A stretch of DNA of 64,000 nt, taken from contig OZ024743.1 of the NCBI GenBank assembly GCA_964016885.1, forward strand, positions 325,562,001 through 325,626,000, read 5' to 3'. Both the position numbers and the translations under genes were made by a program. The first letter of the stretch is position 1, and the number at the start of each line of letters is the position of its first letter. Of the stretch, positions 24,683-38,418 are shown one piece after another. Source of the DNA: Eledone cirrhosa (taxonomy: Eukaryota). The notes beneath the pieces are model-generated. The model did no database searches and had not been told where the DNA came from. It saw nothing but the letters and a program-made list of their open reading frames with translations.

Positions 24683-26084
24683 TTAACCCTTTAGCATTTA
24701 CATTACTCTATATATACTATTATATTTTCATGGTAAAGGCTTTTCCTCACATAACATTCACATTACTCTAGGTTGTACGATGCCTGCATACGAACAGCAA
24801 TGTTGCATGGCAGTGAGACCTGGGCATTGTGTGCAGAGGATATACGCAGACTAGAGAGGAACGAAGCTTGCATGCTCCACGCTGGATGTGTAACAGTAAT
24901 ATACGTGAACAGCAAAGCATAAACGAACTAAGGAAAAAATTAGAGATAAGAGGGATCAGATGTTGTTTACTCGAGAGAAGGCTACGTTGGTATGGACACG
25001 TGATGCGTATGAAAGTCGATAGCTGTATAACAAAGTGCAGGGCAATAAAGATAGACGGTAGTCACGGAATAGGCAGACCTAGAAAAACCTGGGACGAGCT
25101 GATAAACTCCGACATCACACACTTACACCTCTCCAAGACAATGTCACTGGACCGAGACCTTTGGCGGTACTCAGTAACAGAGAAGACCCGCCTTACCTAA
25201 ATATATAGTAAAACCTACTCCAGCCAGTAGGCATCTCTAACAAATACACCCCGTCCCACCACCCCCACCCCATCCACACCACCCCATTCTATGTAAAGTT
25301 ATGTTGGTGCCGCGCCATCCAGGCCGAAACAAATGAGATCGTGTAGGTGTCACGACAAAAAAACACACAGTCCACGCTGTAATGTGGCCGTGTAGGCAAC
25401 ACGGTAAAAACCTCCCAGACCCACACTGTAAATGTGGTTGGTGTTAGGAAGGGCATCCAACTGTAGAAAACCTGCCAGACAGTCCTATGCGAGCAAGACA
25501 ATCACTCTTGCCTCAAGTGGGACTACCCCCGTCCAAACCCATGCAAGCGTGGAACACGGACGTTAAACGTTGATGATGATGATGATGATGATGATGATAC
25601 TATTATATTTTCATGGTAAAGGCTTTTCCTCACGTAATATCTCACATAACATTCACATTACTTTATATATACTATTATATTTTCATGGTAAAGGCTTTAC
25701 CTCGCATAATTACCTCACATAACATTCACATTACTCTATATATACTATTATATTTTCATGGTAAAGGCTTTACCTCGCATAATTACCTCACATAACATTC
25801 ACATTACTCTATATATACTATTATATTTTCATGATAAAGGCTTTACCTCGCATAATTACCTCACATAACATTCACATTACTCTATATATACTATTATATT
25901 TTCATGGTAAAGGCTTTACCTTGCATAATTACCTCACATAATATCGAACCTATGAGATTTTGAAAGTATTTATTTTGAGAAAAATACCTTAACATCAGTT
26001 TGAGCGACCAGTTACAGCCAGTTTCAACAGAAAGAGGTAGAGAATTCTGGCCAGTTTTGGCCAGTTTGAACATTAAAGGGTTAA
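24683..26084. mobile_element. piggyBac-type MITE expanded by a 73-bp tandem array and an RTE insertion
   Basis: TTAA-CCCTTTAGCATT...AACATTAAAGGG-TTAA; ATTCACATTA recurs at 25651, 25724, 25797 and 25870. Confidence 0.85.
24771..25598 (+). mobile_element. RTE LINE 3' fragment (young subfamily)
   Basis: Nearly identical by eye to the reverse complement of ~14168-14991. Confidence 0.95.
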
Positions 26085-26367
26085 GTAAACTCTGGTGGGT
26101 AGAGATATACTAAAAGTAAGTTTAGATTTTAATGTCCTGTACCACATAAAACCACATTAGCAAAACAACACTATGACTGCATTACATTAAAAATTAAACT
26201 CATTACTTAACTATAATACTGTAAATTTCCACAATGTCCACTATTAAAGAGACTATAAGCATTTAAATTAACAAAACCACTTTTAGATATTTTCTATGAA
26301 ATGATTATAGGATGTTAAGAGTTAATGAAACAGAAGCTGTTGTTGTATTGGTAAAAAAAAAAAGATA

Positions 26368-27620
26368 TGAGGGTGGTCATAAGATGATTATGAAAGAGTG
26401 GTGCTAGAGCTGTGAAATTTTGCATGCATTAATTCCAACTCTTCTTATTAATAACTGCATTATTTCTTTCCAGGTAAACTGACATCCGACTGTTCAAAGA
26501 AGGCTTCAAAAGTAGCTAAGAGCAACTTCTTGAAAATGGACAAAATCTGGCATCAGGGTGATGTCAACCACCCACAGAAAAAGGGTTTAGCCTCCAAAAA
26601 CATTCATGCTGACATGGTTGCTACATTAAGAGATGATGTTCCAGCTTTATCAACAGTGCACAAGTAGGCAGCTGAATTTATGAGGGGAAGGGAGAGTCTT
26701 GAAGATGACCCAAGGTCTGGACATCCTGCAACTGCCACCACTGAGGAAAACATTGATTGTGTTCACTACATGGTGATGGATGACAGGCGTTTGATTATAA
26801 ATCAAATAACAAATGTCATTAGCATGTCCCATGAGAGAGTTGAAAATAATCTTCACAATGAACTTAGCATGCTCAGTAGGTGCCACGTCTTCTGATACCT
26901 GATCAAAAGCGCACCAGTCTAATCACATTATGAGAAAATCTGACATTGTTTGAGACAGATCCAGCTAGTTTCTTTGAACGTTTCCTAATTCAGGATGAGT
27001 GTTGGCTTCATCACTTTGAGGCAGAGACAAAGACACAATCCATGCATTGGAAACACCCCTCCTCACCTGCTCCAAAGAAGGCCAAGGTTTTTTTCATCAG
27101 CAGTGTAGGTGATGGCCTCGGTTTTTTGGGGGATGCAAAAGACATTGTGTTAATTGACCATCTTCAAAAGGGCCATACCATCAACAGAGAGTACTATGCC
27201 AACTTGATGAAACAGTTATGAAAAGCTATCAAGACTAAACACCCAGGAAAACTGACAAAAGGGGTCTTGTTTTATCAGGGCAACACTCCAGCACACACGT
27301 CCTTGGTTTCAATGGCTGCTGTGCAAGACTGTGGCTTTGAATTTTCTCCTGATTTGGACCCATTTAATTATCAAATATTGAAAAAACATGAAAAAACACT
27401 TGGCTGGGAACCAATATTGCAGTGATGATGACATCATACCTGCTATTGATGAATTTTTTTACCAACAGGAAGAAAGCTTCTTCACCAATAAGATCCAAGC
27501 ACTGCAACACCGATGGAAGAAGTGTGTGAACCACAAGGAGTGCTATGTTACAAATAAACCTCACTTAATCACATTCCATGAGAGTATCTTGGTCAGTGTA
27601 TGAACATTAGCCGACCCTCA
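26368..27620 (+). mobile_element. Mariner transposon with decayed transposase
   Basis: TA-TGAGGGT...ACCCTCA-TA termini, ~1.25 kb; LEDDPRSGHP, DECWLHHFE, TINREYY and W-K-K-C-V motifs with stops and frameshifts. Confidence 0.92.
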
Positions 27621-27639
27621 TAGAGATGATACAGTACAG

Positions 27640-29476
27640 TTTAGAGCTAGTGGTAGAGGTGGTGGTGGTGGTGGTGCTGCTGCTGCCAATAGTGATGATG
27701 ATGGTGGTAATGGTGATGGTGGTTATTGTGGTGGTGATCATGGTCGTGCTGCTGCTAATGGCTGTGGTGACAATACTTCAGCCAGTGGTGGTGGTGATGG
27801 TGGTGATGAACCAAGCTAGTATGTAGTAAGATGCAGTATATCATTTCATATCTAACTGTGGCTCCATTGTATGACATATTACTTTTTACTACACACTTTG
27901 CTTGGTTCAGTTTCATCATCATCACCAACACCACCACAGCCAATACCATCACCACCACCACCACCACCACTACCAACACCATCACCAACACCATCACCAC
28001 CACCACCACCAAGACCAACACCACCACAGCCAATACCATCACCACCACTGCTACCACCACCACAACACCATCATCACCAACACCAACACCACCACAGCCA
28101 ATACCATCACCACCACTGCTACCACCACCACAACACCACCACCACCAACACCAACACCACCACAGCCAATACCATCACCACAACACCACCACCACCACCA
28201 CCACCACCACAGCCAATACCATCACCCCCACACAACACCATCATCACCAACACCACCACAGCCAATACCACCACCACCACCTCCACTACCAACACCATCA
28301 CCACCACCACCACCACCACCAAGACCAACACCACCACAGCCAATACCATCACCACCACTGCTACCACCACCACAACACCATCATCACCAACACCAACACC
28401 ACCACAGCCAATACCATCACCACCACTGCTACCACCACCACAACACCACCACCACCAACACCAACACCACCACAGCCAATACCATCACCACCACTGCTAC
28501 CACCACCACAACACCACCACCACCAACACCACCACCACCACAGCCAATACCATCACCCCCACACAACACCATCATCACCAACACCACCACAGCCAATACC
28601 ACCACCACCACCACCACTACCAACGCCATCATCACCACCACCAACACCACCACAGCCAATACCATCACCCCCACACAACACCATCATCATCACCACCACC
28701 ACCACCACCACCACCACCACCACCACCACTACCAACGCCATCATCACCACCACCAACACCACCACAGCCAATACCATCACCCCCACACAACACCATCATC
28801 ATCACCACAACACCAACACCACCACCACCACCACCACAGCCAATACCACCACCACCACCAACACCACCACCACCACCACCACCACCACTACCAACGCCAT
28901 CATCACCACCACCAACACCACCACAGCCAATACCATCACCCCCACACAACACCATCATCATCACCACAACACCAACACCACCACCACCACCACCACAGCC
29001 AATACCATCACCCCCACACAACACCATCATCACCACCACCACCACCACCACCACAGCCAATACCATCATCACCACCACCACCACCACACAACACCATCAT
29101 CACCACCACCACCACCACCACCACCACCACCACCACCACCACCAACGCCATCATCACCACCACCACAGCCAATACCATCACCACCACTGCTACCACCACC
29201 ACAACACCATCATCACCACCACCACCACCACCACAGCCAATACCATCACCCCCACACAACACCATCATCATCACCACCACCACCACCACCACCATCATCA
29301 CCACCACCACCACAACCATCATCACCAACACCACCACACCCAATACCATCACCACCACCACCACCACCACCACCACCACCACCACACAACACCACCATCA
29401 TCACCACCACCGCCGCCACCATCACTGCCACCAGCAGCTGCAGTACCATCACTACAACTATCACCATCACCACTAT

Positions 29477-29507
<31 letters not shown>

Positions 29508-30320
29508 AGCAGTGCCACCGCCACCACCAATTTTATGACAACTCCAGTGTTTCTTATCACATGTGTCCCCTCCCTCCACCCACCACCACCACCACCATCA
29601 GCAGCAATATCAGCAGCAGCACCCCAACCATCAATATCATCATCAGCAGCAGCACCACCACCACCACCACCATCAGCAGCAATATCAGCGGCAGCACCCC
29701 AACCATCAACATCATCATCATCAGCAGCAGCACCATCACCACCATCATCAGCAATATCAGCAGCAGCACCCCAACCATCAACATCATCATCAGCAGCAGC
29801 ACCACCATCAGCAGCAGCACCCCAACCATCAGCAGCACCACCACCATCAGCAGCAGCACCACCACCATCAGCAGCAGCAGCAGCACCACCACCATCAGCA
29901 GCAATATCAGCAGCAGCACCACCACCACCATCAGCAGCAGCAATATCAGTAGCAGCACCCCGACCATCAATATCATCAGCAGCAGCACCATCACAATCAT
30001 CACCACCAGCTGCAGCATTGTCACCACCACCACCACCACCACCAGCACCCCAACCATCAAGATCATCATCAGCAGCAGCAACACTGACACCACCATCATC
30101 AGTTGCAGTAGCAACACCTCAACCATCAACATCATCATCAGCAGCAACAAAACCGCCATCACCACCACCACCACCATCATCAGTAGCAGTAGCAGGACCC
30201 CAGCCATCAAGATCATCATCAGCAACATCATCACCACCACCACCAACATCAGCAGTAACAGGACACCAACCCTCATCACCACCAACACCACCACTACCAC
30301 CACCACCATACACACTATGG
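27640..30320. repeat. (CAC/CAT/CAG)n low-complexity array with higher-order units
   Basis: Recurring CACCACAGCCAATACCATC units followed by a CAGCAGCACCCCAACCATC block. Confidence 0.95.
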
Positions 30321-30439
30321 TGATGCTAGTTATAACTACAAAGATTTTGGTAATGTTCCAATACTGGTTGAAACGTTAAAACTGCAGACACAGAGTATGA
30401 TACAGTTGTGGCTGACAGACAATAGTAACAAACAAAAAC

Positions 30440-31000
30440 AGGATTGTAGTGGTGCAGACAAGCAGAGGTTCTGCTGCAGTTTGGGAGGTAGTATATATAG
30501 TAGAACTTCCGTCAATTGAGACAATAAGTGACACAGACAAAGACAGGTAGTGCTGTAGTTTGGGAAGTAGTATATATGGTAGAACCTCCGCCAATTGACA
30601 TGATAAATGGCACAGTCAAGGACAGGTAGTGCTGTGGTTTGGGAGGTAATACATAAGGTAGATCCTCTGTTAATTGACATGATAAATGTTACAATCAAGG
30701 ACAGGTACTGTTGCAGTTTGGGAGGTAGTATATATGGCAGATCCTCTGTCAATTGAGACAATGAGTGACGCAGACAAAGACAGGTAGTGCTGTGGTTTGG
30801 GAGGTAGTATATATGGTAGATCCTCCGTCAATTGACATGATGAGTGACACAGACAAGAAGAGGTACTGTTGCAGTTTAGGAGGTAGTACATATGGTAGAT
30901 CTTCCATCAATTGAGACAATGAGTGACACAGAAAAGAAAAGGCACTGCTGCAGTTTAAGAGGTAGTACATATGGTTGATTCTCCGTCAATTGACATGATG
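30440..31000. repeat. 79-bp minisatellite, ~7 units
   Basis: GACAGGTA recurs at 30542, 30621, 30700 and 30779. Confidence 0.9.
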
Positions 31001-31463
31001 ACCATCCAGTTGTTTGGTCAACAGAATGTTTGACTCATGAATTTATGTGTAAGAGGTTGAGTATTCAGTTGACCTTCAATGGTTTCAATGACAAGTCTTC
31101 CAGTTCTTCAAACAATCCAACAGCCTTCTTGGGAAATTACCGTGGAAGTGGCTGAGCATTCCAGACACATGTACCCTTAATGTAGTTCTCAGTGAGATTC
31201 TTTGTAACAAAGTGCATGTCAATGCTGGTCCTTTAAATTACAGGTACAACTGGTATCTGTCAAGTGAGTGAACTGGAGTAATGTGAAATAAAGTGTCTTG
31301 CTCAAGGACACAATATGCTGCCAGGAATCAAACTCATGTCCTAACGATCTTGTGCCAAGCACTTTAGCTACTATGTGATACATAGATATGTGTACCCTTA
31401 ACCTTTTTCATACCAACTTATTCCAAACCAATCCTGGTTTTATCAAACAAAACCACCTGTGTA

Positions 31464-32804
31464 TGTGATACACCACCAGCAATGTAACAGGTATTGTGAT
31501 ACACCACCAGCAATGTAACAGGTATTGTGATACACCACCAGCAATGTAACAGGTATTGTGATACACAACCAGCAATGTAACAGGTATTGTGATACACCTC
31601 CAGCAATGTAACAGGTATTGTGATACACCACCAGCAATGTAACAGGTATTGTGATACACCACCAGCAATGTAACAGGTATTGTGATACACTTCCAGCAAT
31701 GTAACAGGTATTCTGATACACCAGCAGCAATGTCACAAGTATTGTGATACACCTCCAGCAATGTAACAAGTATTGTGATACAGCACCAGCAATGTAACAG
31801 GTATTGTGATACACTTCCAGCAATGTAACAGGTATTGTGATACACCTCCAGCAATGTAACAGGTATTGTGATACATCTCCAGCAATGTAACAGGTATTGT
31901 GATACACCTCCAGCAATGTAACAGGTATTGTGATACACCTCCAGCAATGTAACAGGTACTGTGATACACCTCCAGCAATGTAACAGGTACTGTGATACAC
32001 CTCAAGCAATGTAACAAGTATTGTGATACACCTCCAGCAATGTAACAGGTATTGTGATACACCTCAAGCAATGTAACAGGTATTGTGATACACCTCCAGC
32101 AATGTAACAGGTATTGTGATACACCTCCAGCAATGTAGCAGGTACTGTGATACACCTCCAGCAATGTAACAGGTACTGTGATACACCTCAAGCAATGTAA
32201 CAGGTACTGTGATACACCTCAAGCAATGTAACAGGTATTGTGATACATCTCAAGCAATGTAACAGGTATTGTGATACACCACCAGCAATGTAACAGGTAT
32301 TGTGATACACCTCCAGCAATGTAACAGGTACTGTGATACATCTCAAGCAATGTAACAGGTATTGTGATACACCACCAGCAATGTAACAGGTATTGTGATA
32401 CACCTCCAGCAATGTAACAGGTACTGTGATACACCTGAAGCAATGTAACAGGTATTGTGATACATCACCAGCAATGTAACAGGTATTGTGATACACCTCC
32501 AGCAATGTAACAGGTATTGTGATACACCTCAAGCAATGTAACAGGTACTGTGATACACCACCAGCAATGTAACAGGTATTGTGATACACCACCATAAATG
32601 TAACAGGTATTGTGATACACCACCATAAATGTAACAGGTATTGTGATACACCTCCAGCAATGTAACAGGTATTGTGATACACCACCAGCAATGTAACAGG
32701 TATTGTGATACACCTCCAGCAATGTAACAGGTATTGTGATACACCTCCAGCAATGTAACAGGTATTGTGATACACCACCAGCAATGTAACAAGTATTGTG
32801 ATAC
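31464..32804. repeat. 31-bp minisatellite, 43 units
   Basis: Unit TGTGATACACC(A/T)CCAGCAATGTAACAGGTAT; first start 31464, last start 32797 = 43 x 31. Confidence 0.97.
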
Positions 32805-34246
32805 AGCAACTCATCAAATTGGACCAAGAAAGCAATGTTCCCATTGGTCTTTCCATTGCTGATACTATCTTACTGCTGGCCAAAACTCCTGGCAGTAAGA
32901 GCAATGTGAAATAAAATGTCTTGCTCAACAGCATAACGCATCGCATGATCCAGGAATTGAACTTGCAACCTCACGATTATGAATCAAATTCTCTAACCTC
33001 TAAGCCTTCATGGATTGTATTAAAAGAATTAATTAATGAAACATTTTGAAGAATTTACAAAATTATTAATGACCTCATTATTAAGATGATATTTGTAAAA
33101 TAACAGAAGTAAAGATTCTTATATCAAATTATGTTGGAAGATCTTAATTTACTCTCAGGTCTTGAATAATCGCTTATTAATTTTTCAGATTTTTCACACA
33201 CACACACCCTCCTCCATAAAATTTTGCTAATCTTTCTCAGGTGAAATTTTATTTTAAGTGGTAGCATTCCTGAAACAATTAATTTTCTTTGGACATTAAA
33301 AAACATTATACATGACTAAAAAATTATATTACTAGAAATCCCAAATGTTACAAAATAAATAGGATGGGTTGGGGGTCTCAATAAGTAAACTAAATGACTA
33401 ATTATGATTTTTCTTTTTAAATCAATGGAGACAACCTAGAAAAATAACTGATCTTCCAATCCCCCTGCTTATTCAAACCCCTCCACTTATTCCAATTTCC
33501 CCACTTATTTCAATCCCCTGCCCCTATTCCAGCCTGTCCTATTATTTGGAACCTGAGAGTAAGTAGGAACTCTTTTGTTTCAGAGAACGAGAGGTGATTT
33601 TAGGTGGGTTAGTATCAGAAGTTATATCACATAGAAAGAATATCTAGTAGCATAGACTTCCTCAGAATTTAGTAACCTGTTTGACCTTGCTGAATGTTGG
33701 GCTGTGTGGTTAAGGAGTTTACTTCCCAACCAGTTGGTTTGGGGTTCAGTCCTACTCTATGGTACTTTCAGCAAGTGCCTTCAACTGTGTGTGTGTGTGT
33801 GTGTGCGCGCACGTGTGTGTGTGTATGTGTGCCATAACTTAGCAGTTCAACAAAAAGCACTAAAATAAGCACTAAACTTGAAAATAAATGTACTGTAATC
33901 AATATGATCGGCTAAATGAAGTGGTGCCTCAGCATGGCCACAGTCTAATGATTGAAACCAGTAAAAGAATAAAAGAATACATTGATTTGACCAGTCTGTA
34001 GACTTGAGCCAAATTGACTGGCTGAAGAAACAGCTAAGAATATAGACTCCCCCCCCCCTCACTTTCCCTACCTCTCCCCCTCTCCTCTTCTCTCTGTATA
34101 AATGTATATTGGTGAATATTCATATATGCAAATATGTGTCTACATTAATATATGCAAGAGTGTGATTGTGTCTGTATAACCAAGACAGCTGTATTGCAGA
34201 TTTGACCAACACAAGCCAGCATAAATACACAGATATTAAAACAAAT

Positions 34247-34441
34247 ATGATGAGAATAGTGGTGGTGGTGAAGGTGATGATGTCAATGATGATGTTGGTG
34301 ATGGTAATGATGATGATGATGATGGTGGTGATGGTGATGCTAATGATGATAATGGTCATGGCAATGATGATGGTGGTGATGGTGATGATGATGATGATGA
34401 TGATGATGATGGTGGTGGTGATGGTGATGATGATGATGATG
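34247..34441. repeat. (GAT/GGT)n microsatellite
   Basis: Directly visible. Confidence 0.95.
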
Positions 34442-34607
34442 TATATGAGAGATAGGAAAGGAAAAAAAGAGAGAAAACTAATTAGAAAGTGAGAGGATAA
34501 ATCTGGTGATTATAATATTGATGATGATGATGATCAAGAGTATTGTGGAGGTGTTGGTTATAGTAATGATGAAGAGTATATATGTATGTCTATGTGAATA
34601 TGTCACT

Positions 34608-35000
34608 CATCATCATCATCATCATCATCGTTTAACGTCCATCTTCCACGCTTGCATGGGTTTGGACGGGAATTGTCCCACTTGAGGCAAGATTGGTTGT
34701 CTTGCTCGTATAGGACTGTCTGGCGGGTTTTCTACAGCTGGATGCCCTTCCTAACACCAACCATGTTTACAGTGAGGACTGGGAGGTTTTTACCATGTTA
34801 CCTACACAGCCACATTACAGCGTGGACTGTGTGTTTTTTTGTCATGACACCTACACGACCTCATTTATTTCGGACTGGATGTTATGGTACCAACATAGCT
34901 TTACATCGAAAGGGGTGGTGTGGATGGGGTGGGGGTAGTGGGACGGGGGTGTATTTTTGTTAAGAGGTGCCTACTGACTGTAGCTTTCACTTTGTACTTG
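34608..35000 (-). mobile_element. RTE 3'UTR fragment
   Basis: Reverse complement of ~19748-20137. Confidence 0.9.
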
Positions 35001-35044
35001 TCACTATATATATATATATGTGTATGTGTACTTGTTAATATCTT

Positions 35045-35430
35045 GGTATCATGACAAAAAGCACGCAACCCACACTGTAAAGTGGTTGTGTAGGTGTCAC
35101 AGCAAAAATCACCCAGCCCACACTGTAAAGTGGTCATGTAGGTCTCATGGCAAAAAGCACCCAGCCCAACTGTAAAGTAGTTGTGTAAGTGTCACGACAA
35201 AAAGCACACAACCCACACTGTAAAGTGGTTGTGTAGGTGTCACAACAAAAAGCACCTAGCACACACATAATTGTGGTTGGTGTTAGGAAGGGCATCCAGC
35301 CGTAGAAACCAAGTCAGAAACAGTTCTGTAAAAGCAAGACATGGTCATCTGACCTGACTTGTTTCAAACGGGGTAACACGTATAACTCATGCTAGTATAG
35401 AAATTAGATGTTAAATTATGATGATGATGA
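35045..35430 (+). mobile_element. Short RTE-derived element with five tandem ~48-nt modules
   Basis: Module starts 35045, 35093, 35141, 35188 and 35236, then GGAAGGGCATCC box, hairpin and (GAT)n. Confidence 0.8.
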
Positions 35431-36189
35431 TATATATACATATGTGTGTGTTCTTGTGTGTGTTCTTGTGTGTGCATGTGTGTGTGTGTGCATGTCAGTA
35501 TATATGGATGTATGCAAGCAGGGAAAAGCAGACGTAAAATGGTGATGATGATGATATGTCTATGTGAGCATGTAAATATGTATGTATGTGTACGTGTAAG
35601 AGTCTGTACAAGTAGTACATATATATATGCAAAGGTATGTAAGACCTAAGGTGATCTGCAGATTTTAGTAAAAAAATAACTGTGTGGGATGAAAGTGTGA
35701 GTATTTTTGTACGTGTCTTTGTAAGCATATGTCTAAGATATAAGAATGTATGATATTTGTTTAGATATCTGGATGCATATGTTTGTGTATAAATAAATAT
35801 ATATATTTATATTGGTGTGTGCATTTGTATGTGTGTATATTTGTGTATGAATCCATCTCTATGTATATAAACATTTTTGTCTGAGCCGCTGTCTATATAT
35901 ATAATCATCATCATCATTTTAGGCCCACTTTCCATGTCAGCTTAGGTTGGGTGGTTTATGGCAGATCAGGAGAGACCTTGTCTTGAGTTATGTCAAAGAC
36001 GTGAGGGCCTCTGTGGAGCTAATGTCATGATAAAATTCTGTAAAGTATAGGAATATATGTGAGATGAGGTCCCTCTGGCTCATCTGAAAGGTCAGTAGCT
36101 TTGATTAAGTACTGATTTGGTCAGTGACAACTCATCCAACCCTTGCTAGCAGAGAAAATGTATGTTAAATGATGATAATAATAGTTTTC

Positions 36190-36657
36190 AGGTCTCTGAA
36201 AATCCGCCTCTTCATTGCTGTAGTGTAGTCTGTGCTGCTGTATGGGTCTGAGACTTGGACACTGACCAAGAAACTCACTCAGATGGTGGATGGGTGCTAC
36301 ACGAGAATGCTGAGGATGGCTCTGAACATTAATCAGTATACACTGAGGATGAAAAACTCAGAGCTGTATGGGAACATCCCAAAAGTCAGCTCAAAAGTGA
36401 CACAGAGGAGACTGAGGTTAGCTGGATATGCTCACCGACATCCAGAGTTGACATTGCACTCAGTGCTCCTTTGGGAGCCCCTACATGGACACACTAGAAG
36501 AGGAAGACCAAGGTTAACGTATGTTGATGCCCTAAGGACAGACACTGGTCTGTTGGAGACGCAGGACATGGCAGCGATAATGAGGGACAGAGGCCGCTGG
36601 AGAGAACTCGTCCATGGATCTCGGGAATTTTACCCGCCTTAGATAGATAGATAGATA
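36190..36657 (+). mobile_element. RTE/RTE-X-like LINE 3' fragment (different family) with (AGAT)n tail
   Basis: ORF 36232-36642 LLYGSETW...RRLRLAG...LLWEP...RRGRP...DRGRW. Confidence 0.85.
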
Positions 36658-36872
36658 ATAGTTTCTACTTTAGGCAGAAGGCCAGCAATTTGAAGGGGAG
36701 GGGAAAGTCGATTAAATCGACTCCACTGCTTACTGATACTTTATTTTATCAACCCCATACGGATGAAAGGCAAATCTAACCTCAGCGGGATTTGAAATCA
36801 GAACATAAAGGGCCGTAATTCTATGCTGCAAAGCATTTGGTCCGACGCTCTATCAATTCTGCCAATCCACCA
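36657..36872 (-). mobile_element. SINE family A
   Basis: Same head and central domain as 4925-5116. Confidence 0.8.
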
Positions 36873-36910
36873 CTATACTGGCTTTTTCAAACTTATCAGT
36901 CATTTTTTAT

Positions 36911-38180
36911 TCAAGGGTGGGCTGAAAAGTTCATAGGTTGACTATGAAGGAATGATGCCAGAGCTGTGAAATCTTGCATGTATTAATTTCAACTCTTCTT
37001 ATTAAAAACTGCATTGTTTCTTTCCAGGTAAACTGACATCTGACTGTTCAAGGACTTCAAAAGAAGTTGATAGTGACTTCTCTTGATAATGGACAAATTG
37101 GGGTGTTATCAAGTACCTGCAGAAAATGAATTTAGCCCCCAAGGACATTCATGCTGACATGGTTGCTACATTAGGTCATTAGGGGATGACACTCCAGGTT
37201 TATCAACAGTGTAAAAGTGGGCACTGAATTTAGGAGCGGAAGAGAGAATCTTGAAGATGACCCAAGGTCTGGACGTCCTGCAACTACCACCACCAAGGAA
37301 AATATCGATCATGTTCACCACATGGTGATGGATGACAGGCAATTGACTATAAATCAAATGACCAAAGCTATTAGCATATCCAGTGAGAAAGTTGAGAATA
37401 TTCTGCACAATGAACTTAGCATTACAAAGGTTTCCACTCGGTGGGTTTCACACCTTCTGGCACAACATCAGGCTGATCACAACATGAGAAAATCTGACAT
37501 TGTTAGAGGCAGATCCAGCTGGTTTCCTTGAGTGTTTACTAACCAACAATGAATGTTGGATTCATCACTTTGAGGCAGAGACAAAGAGATAGTCCATGCA
37601 GTAGAAACACTCCTCCTCACCTGCTCCAAAGAAGGCCTAGGTCATTTCATCTGCAAGGAAGGTGATGGTCTTAGTTTTGGGAGATGCAAAAGGTTTTGTG
37701 TTTATTGACTTCAAAAGGGTCACATCATCAATGGGGAGTACTATGGCAACTTGCTAAGGCAGTTACAAAAGGCTATCAAGACCAAACGCCCAGGAAAACT
37801 GACAAAATTGGTCTTGTTTCATCAGGACAATGCTCCAGCACACAAGTCCTTGGTTTTAATGGCTGCTATGCATGACTGGGGCTTTGAACTGGTTGATCAC
37901 CCTGATTCTCCTGATTTGGACTCATCTCCCTATCATCTGTTCCCCATGAAAAAACACTTAGCTGGGAACCAGTATCACAGTGATGATGACATCATATCTG
38001 TTATTGATGACTTTTTTTACCAACAGGATGAAAGCTTTTTACCAATGGGATCTAAGCACTGCAACGTTGATGGAAGAAGTGTGTGGACTGTAAGGGGGAT
38101 TATGTGGAAAAATAAACCTCATTTGGACACATTCCATGAGAGTATCTTGGTCAGCCTATGAACTTTTCAGCTGCTTCCCA
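36911..38180 (+). mobile_element. Mariner transposon with decayed transposase (same family as 26368)
   Basis: TIR GCTGAAAAGTTCATAGG(T/C)TGAC / GTCAGCCTATGAACTTTTCAGC; LEDDPRSGRP, RWV, FHQDNAPAH and SPDL motifs. Confidence 0.93.
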
Positions 38181-38418
38181 TATATATATATAAGCAAAAG
38201 GGATATTCAATTTGTTGGTAATTCAACAAATATAAATGTTTATAACTGATTCAGAGCACTCAACAGTTTTTCAGCCCTATACCTCAACCTCATTTGCATA
38301 CTCATCTTAATAATTTGAAATATCTGACTTTTCTCTTATCCCTTCACTATCCAAGGAAAACTTGAACCGTTAAGGTATCTTTTCTTGGTTATGTCAACAT
38401 TTATAAAACAAACTTTGT

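Noticed and set aside
27831-30379. ORFs of 830, 555 and 825 aa (poly-T/P/H, mucin- or extensin-like)
   Set aside because: All three frames are open because CAC/CAT/CAG repeats lack stops, and the translations switch composition with repeat phase.
31464-32804. CRISPR array or Cys/His repeat protein
   Set aside because: Units are head-to-tail with no unique spacers, there are no cas genes, and the context is eukaryotic; the ORFs follow from a stop-free 31-bp unit.
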